A stretch of 62,548 nucleotides of DNA, the filler included, from Chiloscyllium plagiosum (Eukaryota): NCBI RefSeq assembly GCF_004010195.1. It is 4 parts of one record of this genome, joined end to end, with 100 filler letters (N's around TTAATTAATTAA, not from the genome) between each part and the next. Parts side by side here need not be neighbours in the genome. Positions count along the whole stretch, not along the records: positions 1 to 22,233 come from NC_057711.1; positions 22,334 to 38,792 come from NC_057711.1; 2 more parts are not named here. The stretch is one strand, 5' to 3'. Both the position numbers and the translations under genes were made by a program. The notes below the pieces were generated by a model. The model had not been told where the DNA came from, made no database searches, and saw only the letters and a program-made list of their open reading frames with translations. Positions 11,991 through 24,665 of the stretch are shown piece by piece (position 1 is the first letter of the stretch; the number at the start of each line of letters is the position of its first letter).

Positions 11991-12889
11991 GTCCTTTTTA
12001 AGGCAAGGATAGATTGATTTTGAACAGTTAAGGAATTAAGTGTTATGGTGAGCAGGCGGGTAAGTGGAGCTGAGTCCATGAAAAGATGGACATTCTTATT
12101 GAATGGCAGAGCAGGCTGTAGGTGCGAGATGGCCTATTCCTGCTCCTATTTCTTGCATTTGTATGTTTAACAGATTCAAGAACAGCTTCTTCCCATCTGT
12201 TATCAGGCCTTTGAATAGATCTCTCATATATTGGAGGTGACCTTTCTCTGTACCTTCTGTGTAGCTATAATACTATATTCCAAATCCTGTTCTCTCACCC
12301 TGATGTATTTATGTAAGTTATGATTTGTCTGGATAACATGCAAAACAGTACTTTTCACTGTATCGCAGTACACATGACAATAACACATCAAATCAAGTCA
12401 AATCAAACTTATCTCTACGTATTGGAAGGCCTCTTCAGATTCTATGATATAAACTCTAGTCAAGTCAAAATTAAAAGTGATAAACTCAAGTTGTTCTGCA
12501 GCTAAAAAAAAATTGTTGGTATAAAGAAACACACACTATTTCACAAGAACAAATTTGGAGATGAAATGTTAATTTCAGTCTATGTGATGCTTCTTCTACA
12601 CACTTCACTTCTGGTTTCATCATTGGGAGGTTAAATTAACTTCTGCTGCTGCTGTCTGTCATAGCAATTGCTACAATAGAATAAGCTTTCAGTCACTTGA
12701 GAAAATTAATCTTGCTGAAGAGAGGGAGATGTTGCTGAAACTTTCCAACCTGTTCCCCCTTTTGACAAACAGGAATGCCAAATTCCAACCAATCACTTTA
12801 TACTGCACGAGAAAAGGCTGCTGATTGATTGGCAATTTGCCTTTGCTTAGTTGAGGCATTACTAGACAGGACATAAGAGGAACTATAAC

Positions 12890-12990
12890 AATGTCAGAAA
12901 TTGCTGGAGAAACTCAGCAGGTCTGACAGCATCTGTAGGAAGAAAGCAGAGTTAATGTTTCAAGTCTGATGACTCTTCATCAAAACTATG
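12890..12990 (-). mobile_element. PLE terminal repeat (family B), degenerate hammerhead
   Basis: Minus strand reads agttTTGATGAagagtcatcagacttGAAACATTaact, then gatgctgtcagacctgctgag. Confidence 0.7.
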
Positions 12991-14803
12991 GCTTTTCAAG
13001 TTTTGGGTAATTAAAAAATAAGGCAAAGATTTGAACTTAATCCTGTTGGTTGTAGAGAATGTTGCAAGTGTGAATGACCCACATTACAAGCTCGACTGAT
13101 TATCTTAAATTGGTTGTTAGTGAAGCTATTCACAACCTCACTAAGCAAGAATTCTTGGCCATCAAACACTTTGCCGTTGCTGGTGACCGGGACAATATTT
13201 ATCTTTTAATTCACCAGCACCATCAGAGATCATTATTCTCATCTGTCCTTCATGGGACCTCACTGCATGCAATTTGGGATGTCCCGATTGTGGTAGTGAT
13301 AACATTCTGACGTAATTACTTGGGTTTGAGATATGAAAGATTAAATCAAGCCATTTACGTATATTCTGAGTCTAAATCCAAAAAAACAAAAAAACATAAT
13401 CTGCCATTGTAACTTGTTCCAGTCCTACAACCCCAAAGGAAATCTAAGTACCTCCAATTCTAACTGCTTGTGTGTTCCTTAACTCCATTTTGCCTCCTAT
13501 TCGTGGCCCTGCCCTCTATGTCTGACTCCTGAATTCCGGATTTTCCCCAAACCTCACCACCTCCATCTCTTCCTTTAAACTCTTCCTGAAACCTACCTCT
13601 CTAACCTGATTTTTAGCTCCCCCCCCCAAATCTTAATGTCTCTTACGGCTCAGCGCTGCTTTGTGATTTATTATCCTCTTTTGTGGGATGTTTTGGCATA
13701 CAGTGTGGGCGCTATATAAGTGCTAATTCCTTGTGTTGCTAATTTAATCGACAAAGAGGTGGTGGTTGATTAATTTTACATTAGCTCATCATTTATTGAT
13801 ACAAGTTTAAAGCGTAGCTCTTTTCAGTTTGTTTGGTTAATGTGTAGTTCTGGTCAAACGTCCCAGCCTGCTTACAAAAAGTACATAAAGACAGCAACAA
13901 TTATTGAAGTTCCTGCTCCTTTTGAGGCCAAAAGATTGTCTCCTTTCCAGGTCATCAGGTACAAATTGCTACTTACTCTCCATCCTATCCTGAGCTGTGC
14001 AGGTATTTCACAATCAACAGAGCCACCTGCCTGCACGTTACAGGCATTGTGCTCTGTACAAGTTTGAGTCTAAAAAGCGATCTCTAACGCTCTCATTCTG
14101 ACAAAGTGGACTTCCATGCAAGAACACCCCTCCCAATAGCGGACAATGAAAAGAGAATGCAGCCAGCAATTAAAAGTCATACAATTATTGTACATTTACA
14201 CGGGAAACACATCCACACGCACCAGTGTGGCTTTACCCTAGTTTACTTTTCAGCTCAGCAACCCCGATGGGGAATGACTTCGACATTTCTTTCTGGCTAA
14301 AAACATGTGGACAGGTACATGAATAAGAAAGGTTTAGAAGGATATGGGCTAAATACAGACAAATGGGATTAAGTTTAGTTTGGGAAATTCGGTTGTCCTG
14401 GACGAAAGGGTCCATTTTGGTGCCGTCTGGCTCTCTGATCCCAAAATGTTTTTTTCTAAATTTTCTACTTTCATATTTTGCCAACTACCTTGTATTGATG
14501 GTCTCCTATTTTGCTCTTCCCCACAAGAGAAAGCTTGCTTTCTGTGCCTACTCTGTCAAAACACTGCATGGTGTGAATATTACTTGACACCCAAGCCTGA
14601 ATGTTGTACAGATCTCACGGCATTTGGACACGGACTGCTTCGGTATCTGAGGAGCCACGAATGGTTCTGAACATCGCGCAATCATCAGCAAACATCCCTT
14701 TATGATGGAGGGAAAGTCATTGATGAAGCAGCTGAAGATGGTTGGGCCGAGGACACTACCCTGAGGAACTCCTGCAGAGTTGAGATGACTGACCTCCAAC
14801 AAC

Positions 14804-14925
14804 CATGATATGGAGATGCCGGCGTTGAACTGGGGTGGACAAGGTCAGAAGTCATGTGACATCGGGTTATCGTCCAGCAGGTTTATTTGAAATCATAAGC
14901 TTTCGGAGAACGGAGGCCTTCATTG
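14804..14925 (-). mobile_element. Short repeat family C (probable PLE terminal repeat)
   Basis: Minus strand ctccGAAAGCTTatgatttcaaataaacctg; homologous to 21200-21335 and 57181-57310. Confidence 0.6.
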
Positions 14926-15084
14926 GGCGGAGGCCTAGAACCCAAGTGATAGGGTTATTCATGGCCCCTCAAATTTCAAAATCCAATTAATAGAACAATT
15001 AATACAGTAGAGCTTCATTCCTACACTGTGTGAGATTACTTTCAAATTATTTTTTCATTTTACATTTTAAATCATTTAATTTAA

Positions 15085-15328
15085 GGGTGGCCCAGTGGGT
15101 TCAGTAGTTAGCACTGCTGCCTCACAGCGTCAGGGACGTGGGTTCAATTCTAGCCTCAAGCAACTGTCTGTGTGGAGTCTGCACCGTGTCTGTGTGGGTT
15201 TCCTCCATGTGCTCCAGTTTCGTCCCACAATCAAAGATGCGCAGGTCAGGTGGGCTACCCTTCGGAGCGTTGGTGTGAACTTGTTGGGCCGAATGGCCTG
15301 TTTCCATATTGTAGGGAATCTAACCTAA
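15085..15328 (+). mobile_element. HE1-type V-SINE
   Basis: tRNA head, V-domain, gggccgaatggcctgtttcc tail. Confidence 0.85.
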
Positions 15329-16177
15329 TGTTACTTTTTCTTTCTGTCTCTTCAAACTTTCTCTTGATCTAATCTTTCTCTCCCTCTTACTTTCACTCTC
15401 TATATCTAATCTGTCTCTGATTCCAGCTGTTCCCTCTCTCAGTATTTCCTTAGTTTCTTTCCCTGCCCTTGAATTTTATTGGTTGTGGGAATACACCTTT
15501 GGTTCACTCAACTCTCCTAGGTCAAGTAATCAAGTATTTCCAAAGGTTTAAGGTGTAACAATATTGGAGCTGGAAACTGAGAAACAAAAATCAAATTCTG
15601 CATTGCTGTTCCATTATTTCTCTTCTTCATACACCAGCAGAGTTTACAATCTGTGACAACACAGAGTTTACAGAGATTGTATAAACTGAGCTTTGGATTT
15701 ACGAAGTTCGCAGCTATTAACTGCACAAGCAGGCAAAGAGATATGATCCTCATTTCTCATCGTCCCTAGTGATCCACTCAAGACCCTTTCAAAGTGAGAG
15801 CCAGCATTAGATTGAGTCCCAGGCAACAGAGTTTGACAATTGACTGGTGACATCAGATCTATAACTGAGTCGAGCGACTGTAACCTACATGAGCAGAGCT
15901 TAACTGCCTAATCCTTCAGGGAAAGTCCTCGGAATCCATTGGTGCAGACTCCACTGCTCAGCAACATTCTCCTCAATTAAACTCCTAACTTCTCGCTGCC
16001 TGACATCCTAAAGCCAGTGCAATATAAATGGAAGGCAAGCACAATGTGGTTAAGTGGAAAACAAATTTGTCTGAATTTCCAATGCCTTGTGTCCTCCCCA
16101 AACTCTGAGAACACCTTAGCTCAGTGGATTGATGGACTGATGGTTGCCAAAATTATTTAGCTATTAATAACGAAAAT

Positions 16178-16345
16178 TGAAGAGAAATCAGAGTCAACAT
16201 TTAGTGTCGAGAACTGAGGAAGGGTCACTCAACCCTGAAGCATTAACTCTGATTTATTTCCATAGGTGCTGCCAGACCTGCTGAGCTTTTCCAGCATTTT
16301 CCATTGTTGTCTCTGATTTCCGGCATCTGCGGTTCTTTCAGTTTT
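16178..16345. mobile_element. Bipartite inverted PLE family-B insertion
   Basis: Inverted piece agagaaatcagagtcaacattt, then CTGAGGAagggtcactcaaccctGAAG.. and the 3' tail. Confidence 0.7.
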
Positions 16346-16739
16346 TAATAAGGAAAATTGTTTGAGAGAAAGGGCAACATTTTGAAATGGATTTCCACTA
16401 AGAAGGCAACCATGAAAAGGTTATACACCTGGTTTAGTACTACAACTCCTTTTAAAACATGCTATGCATGAATGCCACTGGTTGATACACTCTGGTCTTT
16501 CGTTTTGGCTTGAGGCTACTGTAATGTTTTTCAAATTTATTGGCAAAGATTAGAGGGAAGTGGATAGTATTGTGCCATAATGTCATTGCAACCAATTATT
16601 GTTATCAGGGTCACAACACAACACAAACTCAAGATGGGATTTTGATTCTTTGACTTTGAAAAACATTGTGCAAACTCCATTAACTCTATCTAGTCTGGCC
16701 ACCTCATCTGAGGAAGAATAGTGTTTGTGGTTTTTTTAA

Positions 16740-17135
16740 AATTTATTTTGATTTATTATTGTCAAATGTACCGAGGTACGGTGAAAAGTTTTGTTTTCTG
16801 TGCCGTACAGGCAGATCATACCATATAAAGTGTATGAGGGTCATAGAACAGAGCAAGGAATACAATGTTACAGCTGCAGAGAAGGTGCATAAACAGCGAG
16901 ACCAACATTAAATTTGAAATTTGAGAGGTCCATTCAGAAGTCTAATAACAGCGGGGAAGAAACTGTTCTTGAATCTGTTGGCAGATGTGTTTAAGCTTTT
17001 GTAATTTCTGCCTGACAGAAGAGGTTGGAAGTGATTATAACTGGGGTAGATGGGGCCTTTGGTGATGTTGACTGTCTTCCTAAGGGAGCGAAAAGTGTAG
17101 ATGGAGTCACTGGATGGAAGGCAATGTGATAACCT
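16740..17135 (-). mobile_element. Rex1/Babar-type LINE 3' end
   Basis: Reverse complement contains aacagattcaagaacagtttcttccccgctgttattagac and a ttttcaccgtacctcggtaca..acaataataaatcaaa tail like 12170-12410. Confidence 0.75.
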
Positions 17136-17274
17136 TGACTACATGCTCCAAGACTCTGAGTCAAAGAAGGGGGATAAAGATCCAGAAACGTGATTGCTCT
17201 CAAAGAAAAGCTAAAAAAAAATTACCAAATACAGTCAAGACATTAGTGTATAATAGTGGATCGGTTAGGATTAC

Positions 17275-17650
17275 ATTCACTGGGTTTAGAAGAATGAGCG
17301 GGGATCTCATAGAAATCAGCAAAATTCTAACATGACTAGAGAGGGTAAATACAAGGAAGATGTTCCCATTGACCAAGGAGTCCAGAACCAGGTGTCACAG
17401 ACTAAGGATACAGGGGAGGCTATTGAGGAAAGAGATGAGGAGCAATTTCTCTGCACAGAGAATGGTGGGCCAGTGGAATTCTCTGCCACAGAAAGCAATT
17501 GAGGTCAAAACATTGAACTGTTTTCAAGAAGGGATTAGATATAGCTCTTAGGGTTAAAAGGTATGAGGAGAAAGCAGGAACAGGGTACTGGATTGGATGA
17601 TCTGCCATATTCATTGGCAGAGTAGTCTCAAAGAACCAAATGATTTTCTA
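17275..17650 (+). mobile_element. CR1 3' fragment
   Basis: ESRTRCHRLRIQGRLLRKEMRSNFSAQRMVGQWNSLPQ. Confidence 0.8.
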
Positions 17651-18954
17651 TGTTTTTATATGTTTGTTTGATTATTTCCCTCAATTCCCAGGTCCAAACA
17701 GTGGAAGCAAGAATAGAGAGTTATATCTTACAACTGTATGGCTCTTGTGGTATGATCCTGCCTCTGGGTCAAATAGTCTATGCCCAAGTGCCACCTGCAC
17801 CAGAAGGGGTCGCAGCATGTCCCAACATACTGGCATCTTTCAGTTGTTAATGGAAATATCCAACTTAACATTTGACACATCTCAACCTCATGGTCAAATG
17901 GTCTTACCCACACCATTTACACACACGTGAATAATTATCACTTGGGTGGGGGTGCTGAAAGGGGAGAGCAATGGAGGATGGTGGCAGATAATGGTGGAGG
18001 GCAATCCCTTAATTGCAGGAGTGGGGCATGGGCAAATGTTCATGGTGTCTTCTTCTCAGCCAGCCGGTCTTGAAGTGAAACGGAGTGCAGACTGTGAACA
18101 TCAGCATTGACCTGCTCAGGGCTGAACAGAGAAGTGATCAAATGTGGCTATCAGGAGGATTGGGAAAGAGTGTCCAGATGTAATATTGCAAGGAGTGATC
18201 AAATCTAAGACCCCATGAAGCTATAACCACTCCCACCTCCTTAACCAAAAGCACCTCTGTAAATCACTCAATAATATCCCACTCTGATAGCCTTGGGAAG
18301 AACTGAACTGCTCATGCTGCTCATTAGATCAGTAATAACTGGATTATCGAAATAAACACTTTGTGCATGCCAGATGACCTTTCAATGTATTTAAAATTAC
18401 AAAAGTGTAATTATTATTTATATCTTTAACATTAATTGCCAACATAAGACGGCATCTAGGGTATTAATTATCGTGTAGCAAATGAATAGAGTTTACAGAC
18501 AAGTCTCTTCGCCTTCCTGTGATTGATCTCTATCATGAATAATGAAAGGCAAATACCTCCACAGTCGTTAATATAGGATATGTTTATTTGATCAGGTTTA
18601 TTGTGAATCAGCAGTCTGATTAGATTCTCATAGTCCAGTTTCTGCTGCTCTTTATTCAGCTGTGCTGCTTCCTCCCCTGGAACCCTGGTTATTTGCTGCC
18701 CTCTCCTGGCCATATACTGTATTATCGGGGGCACATTAATGAAAAAAAGGAATAGAATGGAAAGTAAATCAAACGTTTAAAAAGCTCACATTTTAAATAT
18801 TTGCTCTTGCAGAGAACAATTACCAGCAGCATTGACCCATGGCTTTTTTCAGTGTTCCAATAATTTTCACTGCATTGTATTTCATTTTGGGATTCCCTGA
18901 AGTACTTTACAGTCGTAGAATTCCTCCAGCATGGAAAGAGACTATTCAGCCCCC

Positions 18955-19081
18955 TGAAGGGCTTTTGCCCGAAACGTCGATTTTGCTGAAGCTCCTCGGA
19001 TGCTGCCTGAACTGCTGTGCTCTTCCAGCACCACTAATCCAGAATCTGGTTTCCAGCATCTGCAGTCATTGTTTTCACCTG
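18955..19081 (+). mobile_element. PLE family-A terminal repeat, 5'-truncated inside the hammerhead
   Basis: TGAagggcttttgcccGAAACGTCgattttgc..ccagcatctgcagtcattg. Confidence 0.85.
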
Positions 19082-19458
19082 GACCTGCTGGTCAGTCAGA
19101 TTGGCTGAATCTCTTCTAACTTTCATTCAGAATTTCACTGCCATAACTACGACAGGTTGTCTGAGGTGTTTTCAGCATTCGAATCCTGAGTTTGATAGAT
19201 ATTCCTGAGATGGAACTATTAAGATGCACGGAACAAAAGTGCAGGGATGGAGATCAGCCTTGATATCATGGATTGGTGGAATAAGCTCAAGGAACTGAAT
19301 GGCTTTAATTCTGTTCCTATGTTCTTAATAAATTCAGGGGAGTGATGCCACTTCTTACTACACTCATGTCCAAGCACCCATTTTCACCCAAGTTGAACTC
19401 CTGCCTTGTAGGACTCAAAGCCTTTGAGGATTTTGGCTTGAACTTCAAAGTGTGGGAA

Positions 19459-19770
19459 GGGGCAGCATACTGGCTCAGTGGTTAGCACTGCTGTCTTGCA
19501 CTGCTCGGGACCCAGGTTCGATTCCAGCCTTGCACAACTGTCTGTGTGGAGTTTGTACATTCTCCCTGTGCCTGTGTGGGTTTCTTCCCACTGTCCAAAG
19601 ATGTGCACGTTAGGTGGATTGGCCATGCCAAATTGCCCATTAGCATCCAGGGATGCCTCAGCTAGGAGGATTAACCATGGGAAATGCTTGGTAAAGGGGA
19701 TAGGGTAGGGTTGGATGCTCTTCAGTGAGTCAGTGTGGACTCGATGGGCCAAATGGCCTGCTTCCACAGG
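19459..19770 (+). mobile_element. HE1-type V-SINE
   Basis: tggctcagtggttagcactgctg..ggttcgattcc head and V-domain. Confidence 0.85.
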
Positions 19771-21199
19771 GTTGGGGTTGTGTCCTGTGCTTTGTTGTTT
19801 GACAGTGAACAGTATTCCAAACGGCAGCAGGTTAGGACAGTGCACAGTCACATGAGTAATAACCTCCGCAAGCAGAGATTATAATGCCAGGAGAATTAGC
19901 AGATGATACCTGCTGTGGCTCAATTAGTAGCTTTAGCACCTTTCTTAGCAGAAAGTTTGACAGTTCGAGTTCTGCTTGCAGCCGAACTCATACCTGCATC
20001 TCACCCACATTTGTAAAAAGCAGATGTATTGGGGACCTGGGTACAAAGTGACTGGTGTGTTTATTGAACACTTCAGAAGAAATTCACTGGCTGCAAGATG
20101 CATTGGACGATCTTCAAAGCGTGGACGAAGGTTTTGTTTTCTCGTGCCTTGTATTGATGAGTTCTTTCCGTTCTAAAGACTGACTAGATTTTGAAATCAC
20201 AAGGTGAGGTGGCTTTGGAGTTGCTTGAGGAAAAGAGCCACATGTCTCAGAGTTTGGGCTTGGCCCAATGGGAGCAGTTATTGAGAACTTAGTTCAGCAG
20301 CATTATCCAATGCCGGAATAAAATGGCTGCCCCGAAAGGGAGGTGATGGCCATCTGCAATTCTCTATCGTAAGGCCATGAAACATAGGAGCAGAAGTAGG
20401 CCATTCGGCCCATCGGGGCTGCTCTGCCATCCAGTGGGATCAAGGTTGATCTGATCATCCCCAGTTCCACTTCATGTCTCAGACCAATAGCCCCTGATAG
20501 TCTTCTGGATTAAATATCTGTCCATCTCAGCCCTTGAATACACATAATGATCCAGCCTCTACAGCCGTCTGTGGTAAAGAACTCTATGCGAGAAGAAATT
20601 CCTCAGACTGCAGAAGCGTGGAACCTTATCCAATGACAATAACTTAAGTCCTATGTTTCATGATGAACATACTGTAAGACTGAGATCAATAAGCTCTTGG
20701 ACATTGGAGGAATCTTACCTGAGGAGATGTCAGGAAAGGTGGGACATATCAAATGGAGCAGCCTACTTGAGGAGATCTCTGGTGTATTCCTTATGTTCTT
20801 AACTTCACTCGGCCCTGTAGTTTGATCATTGAATTAGAGATAAAACTCATGTTCCTTACCCACAGAACATCTAGAGGACTTTCTTTACATCTCCACAAAT
20901 TTAGTGTCTTATTCCTAACCTGAAAGAATTAGTTCCTTTGTTCGAGACTTTTCCAAAGGCAACTTTAACCTTCCAGGTTAAGCCTGGCATGAGAGGATTT
21001 TCGGCATGCATGATGGCACATGGCAAGTGTTGGCAAGGTGGTGCAGTACAATGGACCTTGCCACCATGAGATGCACTGGAAGCAGGATCATGGGAATAAG
21101 GTAGGATAAGTACGGCTAATTGGATAGAACTCTTCAAAGAACGAACACAGATGAGATGGGCCAAATCGTCTCCTTTGGTGTTGTAACAATCTAAAGTCA

Positions 21200-21335
21200 G
21201 AGGCTATAGTACAACAGGTTTATTTTAAATACTCCGAAAGCCTGTGATTTCAAATAAACCTGTTGGACTATAACCTGGTGTTGTGTGATTTCTGACCTTG
21301 TCAACCCCAGTCTAACACTGGCACCTCCACATCAT
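21200..21335. mobile_element. Family C repeat, bipartite inverted
   Basis: ctatagtacaacaggtttatt is inverted relative to aataaacctgttggactataacc; junction at ctccGAAAGC. Confidence 0.65.
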
Positions 21336-21914
21336 GTCTGTCAATCTATAATTAACCTCAGTACATTTAGGGGCATCCTGATGCTCTGAAAGACTCTGTA
21401 CATATCAACATAAGCTTGTGGCACTCTGGCAGTGCCCTGGCCTCTGAGCCAGTGACGTGAGTTTAACTCTAGAGGTGTGTCACCGCACTGAACACATTAA
21501 TGAGAAACGAACACAAATTCTCTAGCTCTTACTTCAGCTTCTGAAAGCAGCCCCCCAGAATGCCTGCAATAATCTGATATCCTCTGTAACAAAAACTGAC
21601 CTTGATGTATTGCTCTGTCACCACACATCAGTGAGCCGAATTTTCTTGATTTGAGGGATCACGCACAACATTAAAAGAGGTTGAGGTGCAAACGCATTAA
21701 GAGTAAGGATATTCTTTTCCCCAAAAGAAAGGCAACTTCACAAATGGCAGACGGCTGTGAAATTTGGAAGATTTATTGCAGGGCTATTTTCTTCCTGCTG
21801 TTGTGAATACTGTTATTCCTCTTTGACCCAGCTACAGCTGATTCATTACCAGAGGATCTGCACCCATTGTACCTGACAGGGACCTGCTGTTCTCTCAACA
21901 ATGTTCCCGACTTG

Positions 21915-22233
21915 GATTCTTAGAGCAGCTGGTGCTGGAGCCAGCCAGGGAGAAGGCAATTCTGGATCTGGTATTGTGTAATGAACCAGAATTGGTCAGA
22001 GACCTCGAAGTGAAGGAGCCATTGGGAAGTAGTGACCATAATACATTAAGCTTCAATCTGCAATTTGAGAGGGAGAGGGTACAGTCGGAAGTGACAGTAC
22101 TTCTGTTGAATAAAGGGAACTATGGAGCTATGAGGGAGGAGCTGGCCAAAGTTCAATGGTGCAATACCTTAACAGGGATGACTGTGGAGGAACAATGGCG
22201 GATATTTCTGGGTATAATGCAGAAGATGCAGGA
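21915..22233 (+). mobile_element. Young CR1 ORF2 endonuclease segment running into a spacer
   Basis: Uninterrupted AILDLVLCNEPELVRDLEVKEPLGSSDHN. Confidence 0.9.
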
Positions 22234-22333
22234 NNNNNNNNNNNNNNNNNNNNNNNNNNNNNNNNNNNNNNNNNNNNTTAATTAATTAANNNNNNNNNNN
22301 NNNNNNNNNNNNNNNNNNNNNNNNNNNNNNNNN
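22234..22333. other. Artificial contig spacer N44-TTAATTAATTAA-N44
   Basis: 12-mer at 22278-22289 with stops in all six frames; identical 100-nt structure occurs three times. Confidence 0.95.
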
Positions 22334-22655
22334 TTTCCGCTGATGGGTGAGTGTCGAACCAGAGGACACAGCTTAAAAAGACCATTTAGGACAGAGATGA
22401 GGAGAAACTTCTTCACCCAGAGAGTGGTGGGTGTGTGGAATGCTCTGCCCCAGAGGGCAGTGGAGGCCCAGTCTCTGGATTCATTTGAGAAAGAGTTGGA
22501 TAGAGCTCTCAAAGATAGTGGAATCAAGGGTTATGGAGATAAGGCAGGAAGAGAATACTGATTAGGAATGATCAGCCATGATCATATTGAATGGCGGTGC
22601 AGGCTCGAAGGGCTGAATGGCCTACTCCTGCACCTATTGTCTATTGTCCATTGTC
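22334..22655 (+). mobile_element. CR1 3' end
   Basis: RTEMRRNFFTQRVVGVWNALPQ; (ctattgt)n tail. Confidence 0.88.
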
Positions 22656-23112
22656 TATTGACTTGGGAACTATTATTTCTTTGCTCACTGCCTTTATGCT
22701 CGACTGAAAAGAGCATTCAATTACGAAAAAGACTCTTGCGGTGGGGTGGTAGTGTCCCTACCTCTGAGCCAGGAAAACCAAGGTTCAAGTCCCACCTGCT
22801 CCAGAGGGGTATCATAGCATCTCTGATTAGGTTGATGAGGAAATGCCTTAAAATGGTCACGTTCCACACAAAACAACTCATTCTCTGAAGGTGTTACATT
22901 AGACAGACGCTCAATGAATCCTTTATGGATCAGATTAGCCCTCAGCTGGAATTCAGGTCATGTCTGAGCAGTATTCCTCAGGAAAGGACATCAGGATCTT
23001 GGAGAAGGTGCAGAGGAAGCCAACCAACCTGTGAACGGGCAAAATGGTAATGGAAAGTGCTGGAAAAATTCAGCACGTCTGACAGCACCTGTGAAGAGAG
23101 AACCAGAGAAAC

Positions 23113-23750
23113 ACAGAACATAGAACTGTACAGCTCAGGAACAGGCTCTTCGGCCCACAATGTTGTGACGAACATGACGCCAAGTTAAATTAATCAACTT
23201 CTGCCTGGCCTTGATCCATATCCCTCCATTCCTTGCACATTCATGTGCTCATCTAAACGTCCCTTTAACACCCCTATCGTATCTGCCTCTTCCACCACCC
23301 AGGCAGTGCATTCCAGACTCCTACCACTCCAAAGACCCTGCCCCTCACATCTCCTTTGAACTTCCCCCTCTCACCTTAAATGGATGCCCCCTAGTATTGG
23401 ATATTTCAACTCTGGGGAAAAAGATTCTGACCGTTGACCCAATCTATGCAGCTCATAATTTTATCGACTTTTATCAAGTCTCCCCTCAGCCTCCACTGCT
23501 CCAGAGAAAACAACCCGAGATTTTCTCGCCTCTCCTTATAGCCCATGCCCTCTAATCCAGGCAGTGTCCTGGTAAACCTCTTCTGCACCCTCTCCAAAGC
23601 CTCCATATCCTTCCTGTACTGCGGTGATCAGAACTAAACACAATATTCTAGGTGCAGTCTAACCAAGGATTTGTAAAGCTGCAATATGACTCTAGTACTC
23701 TTGACCAATAAAGGCAAGCATGCCAAACGCCTTCTTTACCACCCTACTGA
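23113..23750 (-). mobile_element. CR1 3' fragment
   Basis: ALERVQKRFTRTLPGLEGMGYKER..LGLFSLEQWRLRGDL. Confidence 0.85.
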
Positions 23751-24474
23751 GCTTCTCCAGCAATCTCTGTTTTATGTCAATTGCCAGAATCCCAAACCTT
23801 TTGTGTTTATATGAAGGGGTGTCTTCTGCTATATGGAGAGACTGGAGAAGCAGGGTGTTTCCCCAACTTTGGTAATCCTTGGTGACCTTTCTCCATCCAT
23901 TATTTCTATGATTCTGTAAATGAGGATATTCCTGGCCAGGCCTGGACCTCACTGTCCCTTTAAGAATGCAGTGGGCCTTCTTAAATCATTGATGATCACA
24001 TGGTGTAGGTGTGCAGTGCTGGTAGGTGAGATAATTCCAGGAATTTGGCTGAGCGATGCAAAGGAATAGGTGATGTACAGCGCAGTTCACTCTATCCAGC
24101 ATCCAATGGCATCCAGCTGTGCTCATAAATTGAAAATGTTGACTGGCAGAAAGGATAACAAAAAAGGCAAGAGACATTGCTTGCTTGGGTTCAAATGAAT
24201 GTAAGATGTAGGAACAGAAATAGGTCAGCCTGCCCTTAAAGTCTGCTCCCCCATTCAGCAAGGGCAGGGCTGATCCTTTCAGGGTCAGTTGGCTCAGCTG
24301 CCTGCTTGGATGGTCAGTTCATTGGATTCAAGATGGCGCCGACACAGGGCGGCTCTTTGCGAGCTCTCTACAGCAGATCTTATTCGCACATTTCTTACAG
24401 TTGTTCTACACTTCTAAACCTCAGTTCTAAGTCAGCCGTAACTTTCTATTCCTCACTCGGTTCAACGATCTTTG

Positions 24475-24665
24475 TAGGCAGAAGTGAGGACTGCAGATGC
24501 TGGAAACCAGAGTTTAGATCAGAGTGGTGCTGGAAAAGCACAGCAGGTCAGGCAGCATCCGAGGAGCAGGAAAATCGACGTTTCGGGCAAAAGCCCTTCA
24601 TCAGGAATGGAGGCAGAGAGCCTCCAGGGTAGAGAGATTAGTTGGGGCGGGGGAGTGCTGGGGAG
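24475..24665 (-). mobile_element. PLE family-A terminal repeat
   Basis: Near-consensus copy with CpGs intact. Confidence 0.88.
24577..24604 (-). ncRNA. Minimal hammerhead ribozyme core (family A, best-preserved copy)
   Basis: Minus strand attc-CTGATGA-a-gggc-tttt-gccc-GAAAC-GTC-gatt. Confidence 0.72.

Larger units (their letters stand above)
9333..12165 (+). mobile_element. Decayed CR1 ORF2 (RT) to 3' end, with nested HE1 and antisense CR1
   Basis: NVTPLFKQGGRQKAGNYRSVSFTSVVGK, GRSCLANLLEFFE, VDVVYLDFQKAFDK, LGLYSLEFR. Confidence 0.9.
9258..12410 (+). mobile_element. Rex1/Babar-type LINE 3' end split by a 2.8-kb nested CR1
   Basis: IEDPSHPGYTLFHPYPSGR (9260-9325) continues as RFKNSFFPSVIR at about 12170, ending in a (tcaaa)n tail near 12400. 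Confidence 0.75.

Noticed and set aside
17692..17926. Open frame after a cag acceptor-like site
   Set aside because: Unrecognisable peptide and weak donor; no support.
19459..19530. tRNA-like A/B boxes (also at other SINE heads)
   Set aside because: Heads of HE1 and other SINEs, not complete tRNA genes.
19990..20205. Non-repetitive stretch with open frames and splice-like ends on both strands
   Set aside because: No recognisable protein, and the strand cannot be decided.
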